Positions 55,465 through 63,872 of a stretch of 64,000 bases of DNA are shown piece by piece; the stretch's first letter is position 1, and each line of letters begins with the position of its first letter. This DNA comes from Acidimicrobiales bacterium. Its GTDB lineage: Bacteria > Actinomycetota > Acidimicrobiia > Acidimicrobiales > JAUJNH01. A program made the translations under genes and the position numbers. The notes under the pieces are model-generated. The model worked only from the letters and a program-made list of their open reading frames with translations. It ran no database searches and was not told where the DNA came from. Location of the stretch: the NCBI GenBank assembly GCA_038253125.1, contig JBBSHM010000001.1, positions 28,094-92,093 on the forward strand, read 5' to 3'.

Positions 55465-56502
55465 TCAGCGCTCGGGACGCACGACAGCGGACGAGGTGCG
55501 GAAGAACGTCTCGACGTCCCGCTCCCAGCGGTAGCCGGGGGCTTCGCCGATCGTCCGGCGCAGGCGGGCGGCCTTGGCGTAGGAGTCGACGGCGCCGGCC
55601 GAGGTGAACGAATAGCGGAAGCCGGTGGAGGTGAGGCGGGAACGGTCGACGCCCCGTCCGTAGCGGAGCAGCGACAGGACCTCGGGCGGCAGGTCGATCA
55701 GACGGTTGAAGGGCATGAGCAGGCGGTCGGCGGCGAAGGGCGGCAGGATCGGGGCGATGCGGCGGCCGCAGAGGGCGGCGCACTCGCTCCACGGCAGGTT
55801 CCCCTCGCCGGCCACGTTGAAGATCCCGGGGGTCTCCTGCTCCATCACGTGGAGGATGGCCCGCACCACGTCGTTCTCCTCCACGAACTGCAGGAGCGGG
55901 TCGAAGCCGGCGACGGCCGGGACGACGGGCAGGTCGAGCAGGCGCGAGAGCGGCGTTCGGATGTCGGGCCCCAGGACGTTGGCGAAGCGCAGCCGGCTGA
56001 CGGTGACCTGCGGGTTGTCCTCAGCGAAGTCGGAGAGGTAGGCCTCGACCTCGAGCAGCGACCGCTCGACCTCGGTGCCCACCCGGGAGGTGCGGGCCGT
56101 CTCCTCACTGAACCAGGCGGGGTCGCGGTGGCCGGCCCCGTAGACCAACGACGACGACTTCACCACCAGGTGGCGCACCGAGGAGTCGGGGGCGCCGGCG
56201 GCGGCGAGCAGGTTCATGGTGCCGATGACGTTGATCTCGTGCAGGGCCCGGCTGCTGGAGCGGGTGGAGTCGACCACCAGGAACGTGTGGAGGATCGTGT
56301 CGACCTTGGTGGCCCGAACCAGGCGGCTCAGGATCGAGTAGCTCTGGTCGGCCTTCACGTACTCGGTGCGCTCCAGCTCGACGGTGGGCTCTTCGGTGTC
56401 GAGGCCGACGATCACCTCCACCGTCGGGTCCTGCTCAAGGGCCTGGGCCACCCTTCCGCCCCAGAACGTGGAGAGCCCGGTGACCAGCACACGCCTGCCC
56501 AT
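55465..56502 (-). CDS. NAD-dependent epimerase/dehydratase family protein
   Basis: RVLVTGLSTFWGGRVA Rossmann N-terminus, SSSLVYG, and a conserved pairing with the downstream acyltransferase. Confidence 0.85.
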   Translation of the reverse strand: MGRRVLVTGLSTFWGGRVAQALEQDPTVEVIVGLDTEEPTVELERTEYVKADQSYSILSRLVRATKVDTILHTFLVVDSTRSSSRALHEINVIGTMNLLAAAGAPDSSVRHLVVKSSSLVYGAGHRDPAWFSEETARTSRVGTEVERSLLEVEAYLSDFAEDNPQVTVSRLRFANVLGPDIRTPLSRLLDLPVVPAVAGFDPLLQFVEENDVVRAILHVMEQETPGIFNVAGEGNLPWSECAALCGRRIAPILPPFAADRLLMPFNRLIDLPPEVLSLLRYGRGVDRSRLTSTGFRYSFTSAGAVDSYAKAARLRRTIGEAPGYRWERDVETFFRTSSAVVRPER

Positions 56503-56515
56503 CAGTCCCGCACCA

Positions 56516-57396
56516 TCAGCCGCGCCAGACCGAGCGACGCTCGGACAGCATGGTGTGGAGGGCCTCTTGGATGGAGACGCGGATGGCCTCGGCCTCGTCC
56601 ATGACCCGGCTCTTCGAGTAGCGCTCCTGGTCAGGCGGCACGTCGAAGCCGACCGGGTCGAGCACCTTCAGCTTGAACTTGGCCGGGAAGTAACCGACGA
56701 GGCCGAGCAGTGGACCCAGCAGCAGCATGTTGGCGGTGACGGGGAAGTAGGGCAGGCCCAGCGCCTTGGCCAGCGCCTTGGATCTCCACAGGGTCGGCAT
56801 CGACTCTTCGGCTCCGACCACGGCGATTGGGATCACCGGCACCCCGGCCCGCATGGCGATCTCGACGAACCCGCCCCGCCCGAAGCGGCGCAGCTGGTAG
56901 CGGGTGTCATAGGTCTTGGCCGTGGCCTTGGTGCCCTCGGGGAAGACCAGGACCAGCTCTTTGTCCTCGCGCAAGAGGCGGTAGGCGTTGTCGGGGTGAG
57001 CGGCGACGCCCCCCACCCGGCTCCAGATGGTCCCGACGACCGGCGTCTGGCGGAACAGGAAGTCGGCCAGGGTGTAGACGGGTCGCTTCAGCTCGGTCTC
57101 GATGCCGTGGACGATCACCGGGGCATCCGACGGGATCGCCGCCGCGTGGTTGGCCACCAGCAGGGCGCCCCACTGGCCGGGATCTTCTCCAGGCCCTCCC
57201 ACTCGGCCCGGAACCAGTGGCTGTAGACCGGGTCGTAGAGCCGACGGCACAGGGCCCGGGCTCGCTCCGAGCGACCCCACGCATCCACGTCGGACAGGCG
57301 CGGGTCGGCCAGGGGCGCCACCTCGGGCAGGGCCGGCCGGGCCGGTACCAGCTCGGCTCCCGGCCCGACATCGACCGCCGGTCGGTTCACGGGCAC
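56516..57396 (-). pseudogene. lysophospholipid (PlsC-type) acyltransferase interrupted by a 1-nt frameshift (or assembly error)
   Basis: The N-terminal 75 aa read in the frame of ORF 57115..57396 (...LYDPVYSHWFRAEWEGLEKIPASG). The remainder reads in the frame of ORF 56516..57418 (GALLVANHAAAIPSDAPV..., VLVFPEGTKA, IAMRAGVPVIPIAVVG). The junction is at the C4 run 57168-57171. Confidence 0.75.
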
Positions 57397-57576
57397 GAAG
57401 AACGAGGGTACCGGCCATGCCCCCGCCTGATGCCCCCGCCCTCCCGGCCGAGGCCGCCGGCTTTCCGCTGACCGGCCCGTCCCGACGTCCTCTCGGCCGA
57501 TGCCCTCACAGCGTTGTTCCCCTCAACGGCCGGCGCCGCGGTCGCTGTCACGGCCGACCCGTACCCTCAGAGCCTG

Positions 57577-57942
57577 ATGAAGGCATCGACTGACGAGCTG
57601 AGCGCCCCCGGCTTCGTGGCTGTGGCTCGTGCCGTGTCGGCGGTGGCCACCGCCCACGGGCTCCTGGTGCCGTCGTTCCGCTGCCCGCCCCGCACCCCGG
57701 GGGCTGAGCGGGCGATAAGCCGGTGGCCGGGCGGCGCCCGGGTCAGCGTCCGCCGGGCCGGGGTGGCCACGCCGAGCGTGGTCGAGTCGATGGTCGAGGG
57801 CGTGGTGGCGGCCAACGGCCTGGGCGGGGCGGCGGCCAAGGCCCTACGGCCCCGGCTCCGCTCGGCGGCGTGGGCGGCGCTCGACCGTCCCGAGCCCGAG
57901 ATCGCCCGCTCCCGGGCTGAGCCGAGCACATTCGCCGCCTAG
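57577..57942 (+). CDS. hypothetical protein
   Basis: ORF 57514..57942 with good GC3; start placed at ATG 57577. No family recognised. Confidence 0.4.
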   Translation: MKASTDELSAPGFVAVARAVSAVATAHGLLVPSFRCPPRTPGAERAISRWPGGARVSVRRAGVATPSVVESMVEGVVAANGLGGAAAKALRPRLRSAAWAALDRPEPEIARSRAEPSTFAA

Positions 57943-57981
57943 GCCACCGCCGGGCCCCGAGGGCGTAGCCTTGGCCCGTCG

Positions 57982-58056
57982 GCCCCCGTATCCCAACTGG
58001 TCAGAGGAGCGCCCCTTAAAAGGGCGTCAGTGTGGGTTCGAGCCCCACCGGGGGCA
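57982..58056 (+). tRNA. class-I-shaped tRNA with anticodon TAA (nominally Leu, UUA/UUG-decoding); isotype uncertain
   Basis: Hand fold: acceptor gcccccg/cgggggc; D arm tccc-aactggtcag-agga (3 WC pairs plus a C:A); anticodon arm cgccc-CTTAAAA-gggcg; 5-nt variable loop tcagt; T arm gtggg-ttcgagc-cccac; discriminator A. No CCA encoded. Confidence 0.7.
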
Positions 58057-58195
58057 CTCTCTGAGACTGTATGCGTATACGCTTACGGTCTTCGGAGCTG
58101 TCGACGCGGGAGGCGGCTGTTGCGCGCCGAGCCGGGATCAGTGTCTTTAGGCGCCTTTAGTGGTCCTTGGGCGTGTACGTCTTCGTCCTGGCTGG

Positions 58196-59404
58196 TCAGG
58201 GCCGTCCGGCGAGGGTCATGCCTGACCACATGGCGCTGATCTTGACGACGTCGCCGCTGTGGGGGGCGGCGATCATCTGGCCGCCGCCGATGTAGATCCC
58301 GACGTGGCCCAGGCCCGACTCGAAGACGAGGTCGCCGGGCTCGAGGGCCCCGAAGGGGATGTGGCGGACGGTGCCGTACTGGGCGGCGGCGTTGTGGGGG
58401 AGTGATACGCCGCCTGCGGCCCACGCTCGCATCGTCAGGCCGGAGCAGTCGAAGCTGTTGGGGCCGGCGGCGCCGTACACGTAGGGCTTGCCCAGCTGGG
58501 CCTGGGCGTAGGCCAGCGCGGCCTGGGCTCCCGAGGCGCTGGCCACGGGCGGCGGACGCGTGACGGGACCGGGCGCCACCGGCCCGGCCGCCGGGGCCGG
58601 CCTGCCGGGCGCGGCCGGCACTGCGGCCGCGGCCTTGGCGGGCGGCAAACCCACGCTGGCTGCGACCGGCCCGAGCTGGGCCCTGGCGCCGACAGGCGCG
58701 GCCGGAGGCGCCGCCGCCACCTTGCGCTGAGCGACGGCGATGCGAGCCTGGGCGTCGGTCGCAGCCTTGGCTTCCATGGCCGACTGCTCGGCGGTCACCA
58801 GATCGGCCAGGTGCCCCTTCACCTGACCGAGGGTGTCCTGCAGCTTGGCTTCGGTGGTGGCCACGTTCTGCTTGGTCGAGGCGATGTCGGACACCGCAGC
58901 GTCGGCCGCCTTCTTGGCCGAGTCGAGCTGGGTGCGCTGGTGCGCTAGGTCGAGGCGGGCTGCCCGGGCACCGTCGAGTGCGTCGGTGCTGCGCCCGGCG
59001 AGGACCTGGATGTAGGAGGCCTTCAGGACGTTGCTCGACGGTGACCCGGCATGCGAACGGCCGGTGGTGTGCATGCCGCCGTCGACGTAGGAGCGGACGG
59101 CCAGGTTGCGGAGCTTGGCGTCGGCGACGGCGGCGTGTCCGGCGGCGGCATCAAGGGAGCGCTGCCCGACGGCCAGCCTGGCCGTGGCCTGCTCCTGGTT
59201 CAGGACGGCGCCGTCGTATCGCTCGGCCAGGGCGGAGTCCCGGCGCCCCAGCTCGTCGATCTGTACGGCGAGCTGATGGGCGTGGGCCTTCTCGTCGGCC
59301 ACCGGATCGGCGGCGGCCCCGGAGGTCGGCAGCCCCGCGAGCAGCAGCGCCACGCCGGCAGCCAATGCGGCAGCGCGCCTGTTCAAGCGGCAGCTGGCTC
59401 GCAC
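58196..59404 (-). CDS. NlpC/P60 peptidoglycan endopeptidase with N-terminal coiled-coil (RipA-like)
   Basis: Signal peptide, long coiled-coil, Ala/Pro linker, and NlpC/P60 core GKPYVYGAAGPNSFDCSGLTMRAW...GHVGIYIGGGQMIAAPHSGD. Confidence 0.85.
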   Translation of the reverse strand: MRASCRLNRRAAALAAGVALLLAGLPTSGAAADPVADEKAHAHQLAVQIDELGRRDSALAERYDGAVLNQEQATARLAVGQRSLDAAAGHAAVADAKLRNLAVRSYVDGGMHTTGRSHAGSPSSNVLKASYIQVLAGRSTDALDGARAARLDLAHQRTQLDSAKKAADAAVSDIASTKQNVATTEAKLQDTLGQVKGHLADLVTAEQSAMEAKAATDAQARIAVAQRKVAAAPPAAPVGARAQLGPVAASVGLPPAKAAAAVPAAPGRPAPAAGPVAPGPVTRPPPVASASGAQAALAYAQAQLGKPYVYGAAGPNSFDCSGLTMRAWAAGGVSLPHNAAAQYGTVRHIPFGALEPGDLVFESGLGHVGIYIGGGQMIAAPHSGDVVKISAMWSGMTLAGRP

Positions 59405-59458
59405 GAGGACATCACCTTAGGCCGCCGGGTCCGGCCTGTCACAGGCGGGGGCATGGCG

Positions 59459-59983
59459 TCAGGCGAACAGGCCGCTGGCGCCTGCTTCATGGGCGAGCAG
59501 GGCCTGCTTCACCGGGCTGCCCCACAGGAAGCCGCCGACCCCGCCGGTCGCCGGCACGACCCGGTGGCAGGGCACGAACAACGAGACCCGGTTCGTGGCG
59601 CAGCCCCGTCCGGCGGCCCGTACCGCAGCCGGTCGCCCGGCGGAGGCGGCCAGACCGGTGTAGGTGAGGGGCCGGCCGGCGGCGATCCTGCGCAGCGCGG
59701 CCCAGACGGCGCGCTGGAACTCCGAGCCCTCGACGGCGACGTCGACGTCGAGTGGGGCCTCGACATCGCCTTCGGCCCAGGCCAGCACCGCCTTTGACGC
59801 GGCGCCGGCGTCGGCCACGACCCTCACCTCGGCAGTCCGGTGACGGGGCCCCCGCAGCGCCGAGACCAGGGCCAGGTCATCGGTGAAGCCGGCGGCGCAC
59901 ACCCCGTCAGCGCCGGTGATCAGCGTGACCGGCCCGGCGGGGGTGGGGTGAGTGGCGGCAAGCAGCGGCTCGGTGAGCGTCAT
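59459..59983 (-). CDS. ogt: methylated-DNA--protein-cysteine methyltransferase
   Basis: Active site VPCHRVV; TYTGLAASAGRPAAVRAAG; FLWGSPVKQALL. Confidence 0.9.
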   Translation of the reverse strand: MTLTEPLLAATHPTPAGPVTLITGADGVCAAGFTDDLALVSALRGPRHRTAEVRVVADAGAASKAVLAWAEGDVEAPLDVDVAVEGSEFQRAVWAALRRIAAGRPLTYTGLAASAGRPAAVRAAGRGCATNRVSLFVPCHRVVPATGGVGGFLWGSPVKQALLAHEAGASGLFA

Positions 59984-61728
59984 CGGGTCTCGTTTCGGTT
60001 GGTTGTGCCGCGCCTTTCCGAACTCCCGGGGTAGGCGCCACCGAGGGCGCGGCCTTCGGGAGGGCGCATGTTGGGAGGGCGGCCTTCGTGAGGGCGCGTG
60101 TCGGGAGGGCGGCTGTCGGGAGGGCGGCTGTTGGGATCAGATGTCGCCCGGCGCAGGGCCTTGTCCGGGCGGACACCGTTGGGCAGCCCGGGCTGCTGAC
60201 GACGCTGGGCCCAGAGGGCAAAGGCCACGTAGCTGCGCCATGGCCGCCACGCGTCGGATCGGGCCAGCAGGGCCCGGGTCTCGAGGCCGGTGAGACGGCG
60301 CAGGGTCAGGTCGGAGGCGGGGAAGGCGTCGGGGTCACCCCACGCCCGGGCGGCCACGATGGCTGCTGTCCACGGCCCGACGCCCGGCAGGTCGAGCAGG
60401 CGGCCCATGGCCTCGTCCCGGTCCGCGGCGGGCGACAGGTCGAGGTACCCGTCGGCCACGGCGATCGAAAGCGAGGCGATGGTGGCCGCCCGGGCGGTGG
60501 TGAGGCCGATCCTCGTGAGATCAGCCGATGCCAATGCCGCCGGGTCCGGGAAGCGGGCGAAGAGGCCGCCGTCAGGGTGTGCAAGCGGCGGGCCGAAGGC
60601 GCGCACGAGGCGGCCGGCGAGGGTGGTGGCACCGGCCACCGAGACCTGCTGGCCGAGCACGGTCCGCACAGCCGCCTCGAAGCCGTTGGCGGCGCCGGGC
60701 AGGCGGATGCCCGGGGTGGCCGCCAGGGCCGGGGCCAGGAGCGGATCGGCGCCCAGGACCTCGGCCACCGCCAGCGGGTCACAGTCGAGGTCGAAGAGGC
60801 GGCGGGCCAGCCCGACGAGCGGTCCGACGTGGCGAACGTCTTCCAGCCTCAGGTCGACGGTGAGCCCGGTGGCGTCGGGGGTGGCGGCCAGGACGCCGCC
60901 GTCCACAGTGCGCCGGTAGGTGCCGCCCACCACCTCCTCCACGCCCGGGGTGGCGTGGGCGGCCAGGAACGCCAGCACGGCCGAGCCGGCGAAGGGCAGG
61001 CGGGTGGCGAGCCGCAGCCGCAGGGCGCCGTGCCCGTCGCCCTGCGGGTCCGCTCGGCGCTGGCGCAGCAGCGACGGCGGCGAGCCGAATGCCGCGGCCA
61101 TGGCGGCGTTGAAGCGACGGATGCTGGCGAAGCCGGCGGCGAAGGCGACCCGGGTGACGGGCAGGTCGGTCTGGTCGAGGAGCAGGCGGGCCAGGGCGAG
61201 TCGCCGGGTCGAGGAGACCTGGAGGGGGCCGGTCCCGAGCTCCTGGACGAACAGCCGCCGGAGTTGGCGCTCGCTGACGTGGAGGCGTCTGGCCAGGCCG
61301 GGGACCCCGCCGTCGGCGGCGGCGCCGTCGGCGATGAGCCGCACGGCCCGGGCCACCAGGTCGCCCCGGCGGTCCCAGCCCGGGTCACCGGGCGCCGACT
61401 CGGGTCGGCACCGCTTGCACGCCCGGAAGCCGGCTTCCTCGGCCGCCGCCGCGCAGGCGAAGAAGCGCACGCTGGTGGGCTTTGGCGTGCGGGCCGGGCA
61501 CGACGGCCGGCAGTAGATCCCGGTTGTCACGACGGCGGTGCAGAACCGCCCGTCGAAGCGGGCGTCGCGGGCCTTCACGGCGCGGTAGCAGGCCTCGTGG
61601 TCAGCGACGGCGGCGGCGGGCACAGGACGATCGTCGCACGGCCCGATCGCTGGTGCTGGCCAGAATCGGCCATGGCGGTGGATCCAGGCAGTGACCGTCT
61701 CGCCATGTCTCGGGGCCGTCGTGCACAC
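59980..61728 (-). CDS. alkA: Ada-type Zn/AraC regulator fused to AlkA DNA-3-methyladenine glycosylase II
   Basis: Ada N-domain RFDGRFCTAVVTTGIYCRPSCPA...FRACKRCRPE. AraC HTH LARRLHVSERQLRRLF...FASIRRFNAAM. HhH-GPD part LLDLPGVGPWTAAIVAARAWGDPDAFPASD. Repeat-containing C-terminal tail. The start could be GTG 61623 instead. Confidence 0.85.
   Translation of the reverse strand: MCTTAPRHGETVTAWIHRHGRFWPAPAIGPCDDRPVPAAAVADHEACYRAVKARDARFDGRFCTAVVTTGIYCRPSCPARTPKPTSVRFFACAAAAEEAGFRACKRCRPESAPGDPGWDRRGDLVARAVRLIADGAAADGGVPGLARRLHVSERQLRRLFVQELGTGPLQVSSTRRLALARLLLDQTDLPVTRVAFAAGFASIRRFNAAMAAAFGSPPSLLRQRRADPQGDGHGALRLRLATRLPFAGSAVLAFLAAHATPGVEEVVGGTYRRTVDGGVLAATPDATGLTVDLRLEDVRHVGPLVGLARRLFDLDCDPLAVAEVLGADPLLAPALAATPGIRLPGAANGFEAAVRTVLGQQVSVAGATTLAGRLVRAFGPPLAHPDGGLFARFPDPAALASADLTRIGLTTARAATIASLSIAVADGYLDLSPAADRDEAMGRLLDLPGVGPWTAAIVAARAWGDPDAFPASDLTLRRLTGLETRALLARSDAWRPWRSYVAFALWAQRRQQPGLPNGVRPDKALRRATSDPNSRPPDSRPPDTRPHEGRPPNMRPPEGRALGGAYPGSSERRGTTNRNETR
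60043..60137. repeat. about six tandem copies of a 15-nt unit (gagggcgg/c...), inside the 3' end of the ada-alkA ORF
   Basis: gagggc recurs at 60043, 60060, 60075, 60090, 60105 and 60120. On the minus strand it encodes SRPPD SRPPD TRPHEG RPPNM RPPEG. Confidence 0.75.
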
Positions 61729-61734
61729 GGCGCA

Positions 61735-62334
61735 TCACGGGGCTCGAAGCGGTGGTGGGTCGGGGACCCAGCAGCCTTCCAGGTGGTCGTCGACGAAGCC
61801 GGCGGACTGGAGGTGGGCGTAGGCCACCGTGGGCCCGATGAAGCGGAAGCCTCGCCGCCGCATCTCTTTGGCCAGGGCGGTTGACTCGGGGGTGAGCGCC
61901 GGGTAGTCGTCGTCGGCCCCCAGGCGGCGGGGGCGGGGCGGCGGCGCAAATGAGCTGAAGAGACCGTCGAGGGTCTCGCCCGCCGCCCACATGTCAAGGG
62001 TGGCCCGGGCGTTGGTGATGGCGGCCTCGCACTTGGCCCGGTGGCGCACGATCCCGGCGTCGGCCAGCAGCCGGTCGAGCTCGGCGGGCCCGTAGGCCGC
62101 CACCGTCTCGGGGTCGAACCCCTCGAAGGCCAGCTCGAAGGCCGGCCGCTTGCGCAGGATGGTGATCCATGACAGGCCGGCCTGGAAGCCTTCGAGGACG
62201 AGCAGGCCGTACAGCCGGCGGTCGTCGTGCAGCGGCCGCCCCCACTCGTGGTCGTGGTAGGCGACGTAGGTCGGGTCATCACCGCACCACCAGCAGCGGG
62301 CCCGGCCGTCGACACCGACCTCAACCGAACGCAC
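61735..62334 (-). CDS. tag: DNA-3-methyladenine glycosylase I
   Basis: CWWCGDDPTYVAYHDHEWGRP, LVLEGFQAGLSWITILRKR, GIVRHRAK. Confidence 0.9.
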   Translation of the reverse strand: MRSVEVGVDGRARCWWCGDDPTYVAYHDHEWGRPLHDDRRLYGLLVLEGFQAGLSWITILRKRPAFELAFEGFDPETVAAYGPAELDRLLADAGIVRHRAKCEAAITNARATLDMWAAGETLDGLFSSFAPPPRPRRLGADDDYPALTPESTALAKEMRRRGFRFIGPTVAYAHLQSAGFVDDHLEGCWVPDPPPLRAP

Positions 62335-62353
62335 GTTCGCTAGTCTAGGCGCG

Positions 62354-63409
62354 ATGCGGTGGCAGATCCAGGCCGAAGAGCCTCAGCAGGCGCTGTTCGC
62401 CGACGAGGCGCTGGTCGAGCGGCACGTGGGCTCCGGCGAGTTCCGGGGCATGGAGTTCCTCCACGTCAACGCCCGCACGGTGCTCAACCGGGTGGCTGGC
62501 GGCAGCCGCATGCCCTTCGAGTGGACGATCAACGCCTACCGGGGCTGCAGCCATGCCTGCTCGTACTGCTTCGCCCGGCCCACCCACGCCTACCTCGACC
62601 TCGGCATCGGCGAGGACTTCGACCGCAAGATCGTGGTGAAGGTGAACGCTGTCGAGCGGCTACGGGCCGAGCTGGCCAGCCCGAGGTGGGGCGGCCACCA
62701 CATCGCCATGGGCACCAACACCGACCCGTATCAGCGCTGCGAGGCGAAGTTCCACCTGTACCAGGGCATCCTCGGCGTCCTGGCCGAGCGGGCCAACCCG
62801 TTCAGCCTCCTCACCAAGTCGACGCTGGTCCTGCGGGACCTCGACCTCCTGCGGGCGGCGGCCGCCGTAACCGACGTGCGGGTGAACCTGTCGATCGGCA
62901 CCCTCGACGAGGAGGTGTGGCGGGCCACCGAGCCGGGCGCCCCCCACCCGAGGCTCAGGATCGAGGCGGTCCGCCGCCTGAACGACGCAGGTGTGCCCTG
63001 CGGGGTGCTCGTGGCCCCGGTGATCCCCGGCCTGTCGGACGGCGAGGAGCAGCTGGACGAGGTCGTGCGGGCGGTGGTCGAGGCGGGTGCGGTCGGCGTG
63101 TCCAGCGTCGCCCTGCACCTGAAGCCGGGCACCAAGGACGTCTTCCTGGACCGGCTGGCGGAGAGCCACCCCGAGGCGGCGCCGGCCCTGGCCGCCCGCT
63201 ACGACGGCCGCGCCTACCTGCCCAAGTCCGACCAGCAGGAGCTGGCGGCCCGGGTCAGGCGCCTTGTGTCCCGCCACCGTGCCCGCAGCACCTCGAGCGC
63301 CCGCGCTCGCTTCGTCACCGGCCCGAAGCAGCAGGGCCTGGGACCGGGTCGCGAGCCGGCGCCGGCGGCAAAGGCGCCCCCGGACGTCCAGCTGGCCTTC
63401 TTCACCTGA
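62354..63409 (+). CDS. radical SAM protein (Rv2578c / SplB-like DNA-repair-photolyase family)
   Basis: FLHVNARTVLNRVAGGSRMPFEWTINAYRGCSHACSYCFARPTHAYL contains the CxxxCxxC cluster. Confidence 0.85.
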   Translation: MRWQIQAEEPQQALFADEALVERHVGSGEFRGMEFLHVNARTVLNRVAGGSRMPFEWTINAYRGCSHACSYCFARPTHAYLDLGIGEDFDRKIVVKVNAVERLRAELASPRWGGHHIAMGTNTDPYQRCEAKFHLYQGILGVLAERANPFSLLTKSTLVLRDLDLLRAAAAVTDVRVNLSIGTLDEEVWRATEPGAPHPRLRIEAVRRLNDAGVPCGVLVAPVIPGLSDGEEQLDEVVRAVVEAGAVGVSSVALHLKPGTKDVFLDRLAESHPEAAPALAARYDGRAYLPKSDQQELAARVRRLVSRHRARSTSSARARFVTGPKQQGLGPGREPAPAAKAPPDVQLAFFT

Positions 63410-63422
63410 GCCGCAGGAGTGC

Positions 63423-63713
63423 TCAGGCCGAGGCGGTGACCGGCTGGTCGATCAGCTTGGCGTCGGCGATGAAGCCGCCGAAGGGGACGACGGCGCAGAG
63501 GAGAGTGAGCAGGGTGCGCTTGAGGCGCCACTTCTCGTCCGTGGCGACGAGGATCACCAGCGCTACGTAGGTGAGGAACAGCACGCCATGCACCGGGCCC
63601 ATCACCTTGACGCCGGCCTCGGTGTGGCCGGTCTCCTTGACCACGGTTGCGGCCAGCAGCACCAGGAAGCTGACCGCTTCGACGATGGCCACGATCTTCA
63701 GTGTGCTCTTCAC
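63423..63713 (-). CDS. DUF3817 membrane protein
   Basis: LKIVAIVEAVSFLVLLAATVVK...GPVHGVLFLTYV...VVPFGGFIAD matches the DUF3817 pattern as recalled. Confidence 0.75.
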   Translation of the reverse strand: MKSTLKIVAIVEAVSFLVLLAATVVKETGHTEAGVKVMGPVHGVLFLTYVALVILVATDEKWRLKRTLLTLLCAVVPFGGFIADAKLIDQPVTASA

Positions 63714-63872
63714 GGTTGCAGGATGTCACCCCCGGCGCTGGCATCCAAGGCGGCCCCAGCAGGTCGGTGCCGCTGACCGCCGGTCCTGGCGGTCCAGAGG
63801 TGGTCCAGGGCTCCTGGCCGGGGTTGAGGCCGGCGCCCAACGGGTATAGCCCAGGGTGTGCATTCGATCGCT

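Noticed and set aside
60043-60137. Could the 15-nt tandem repeat be a CRISPR-like array?
   Set aside because: The units are contiguous with no spacers, are only 15 nt long, and lie inside an ORF. There are no cas genes in the window.
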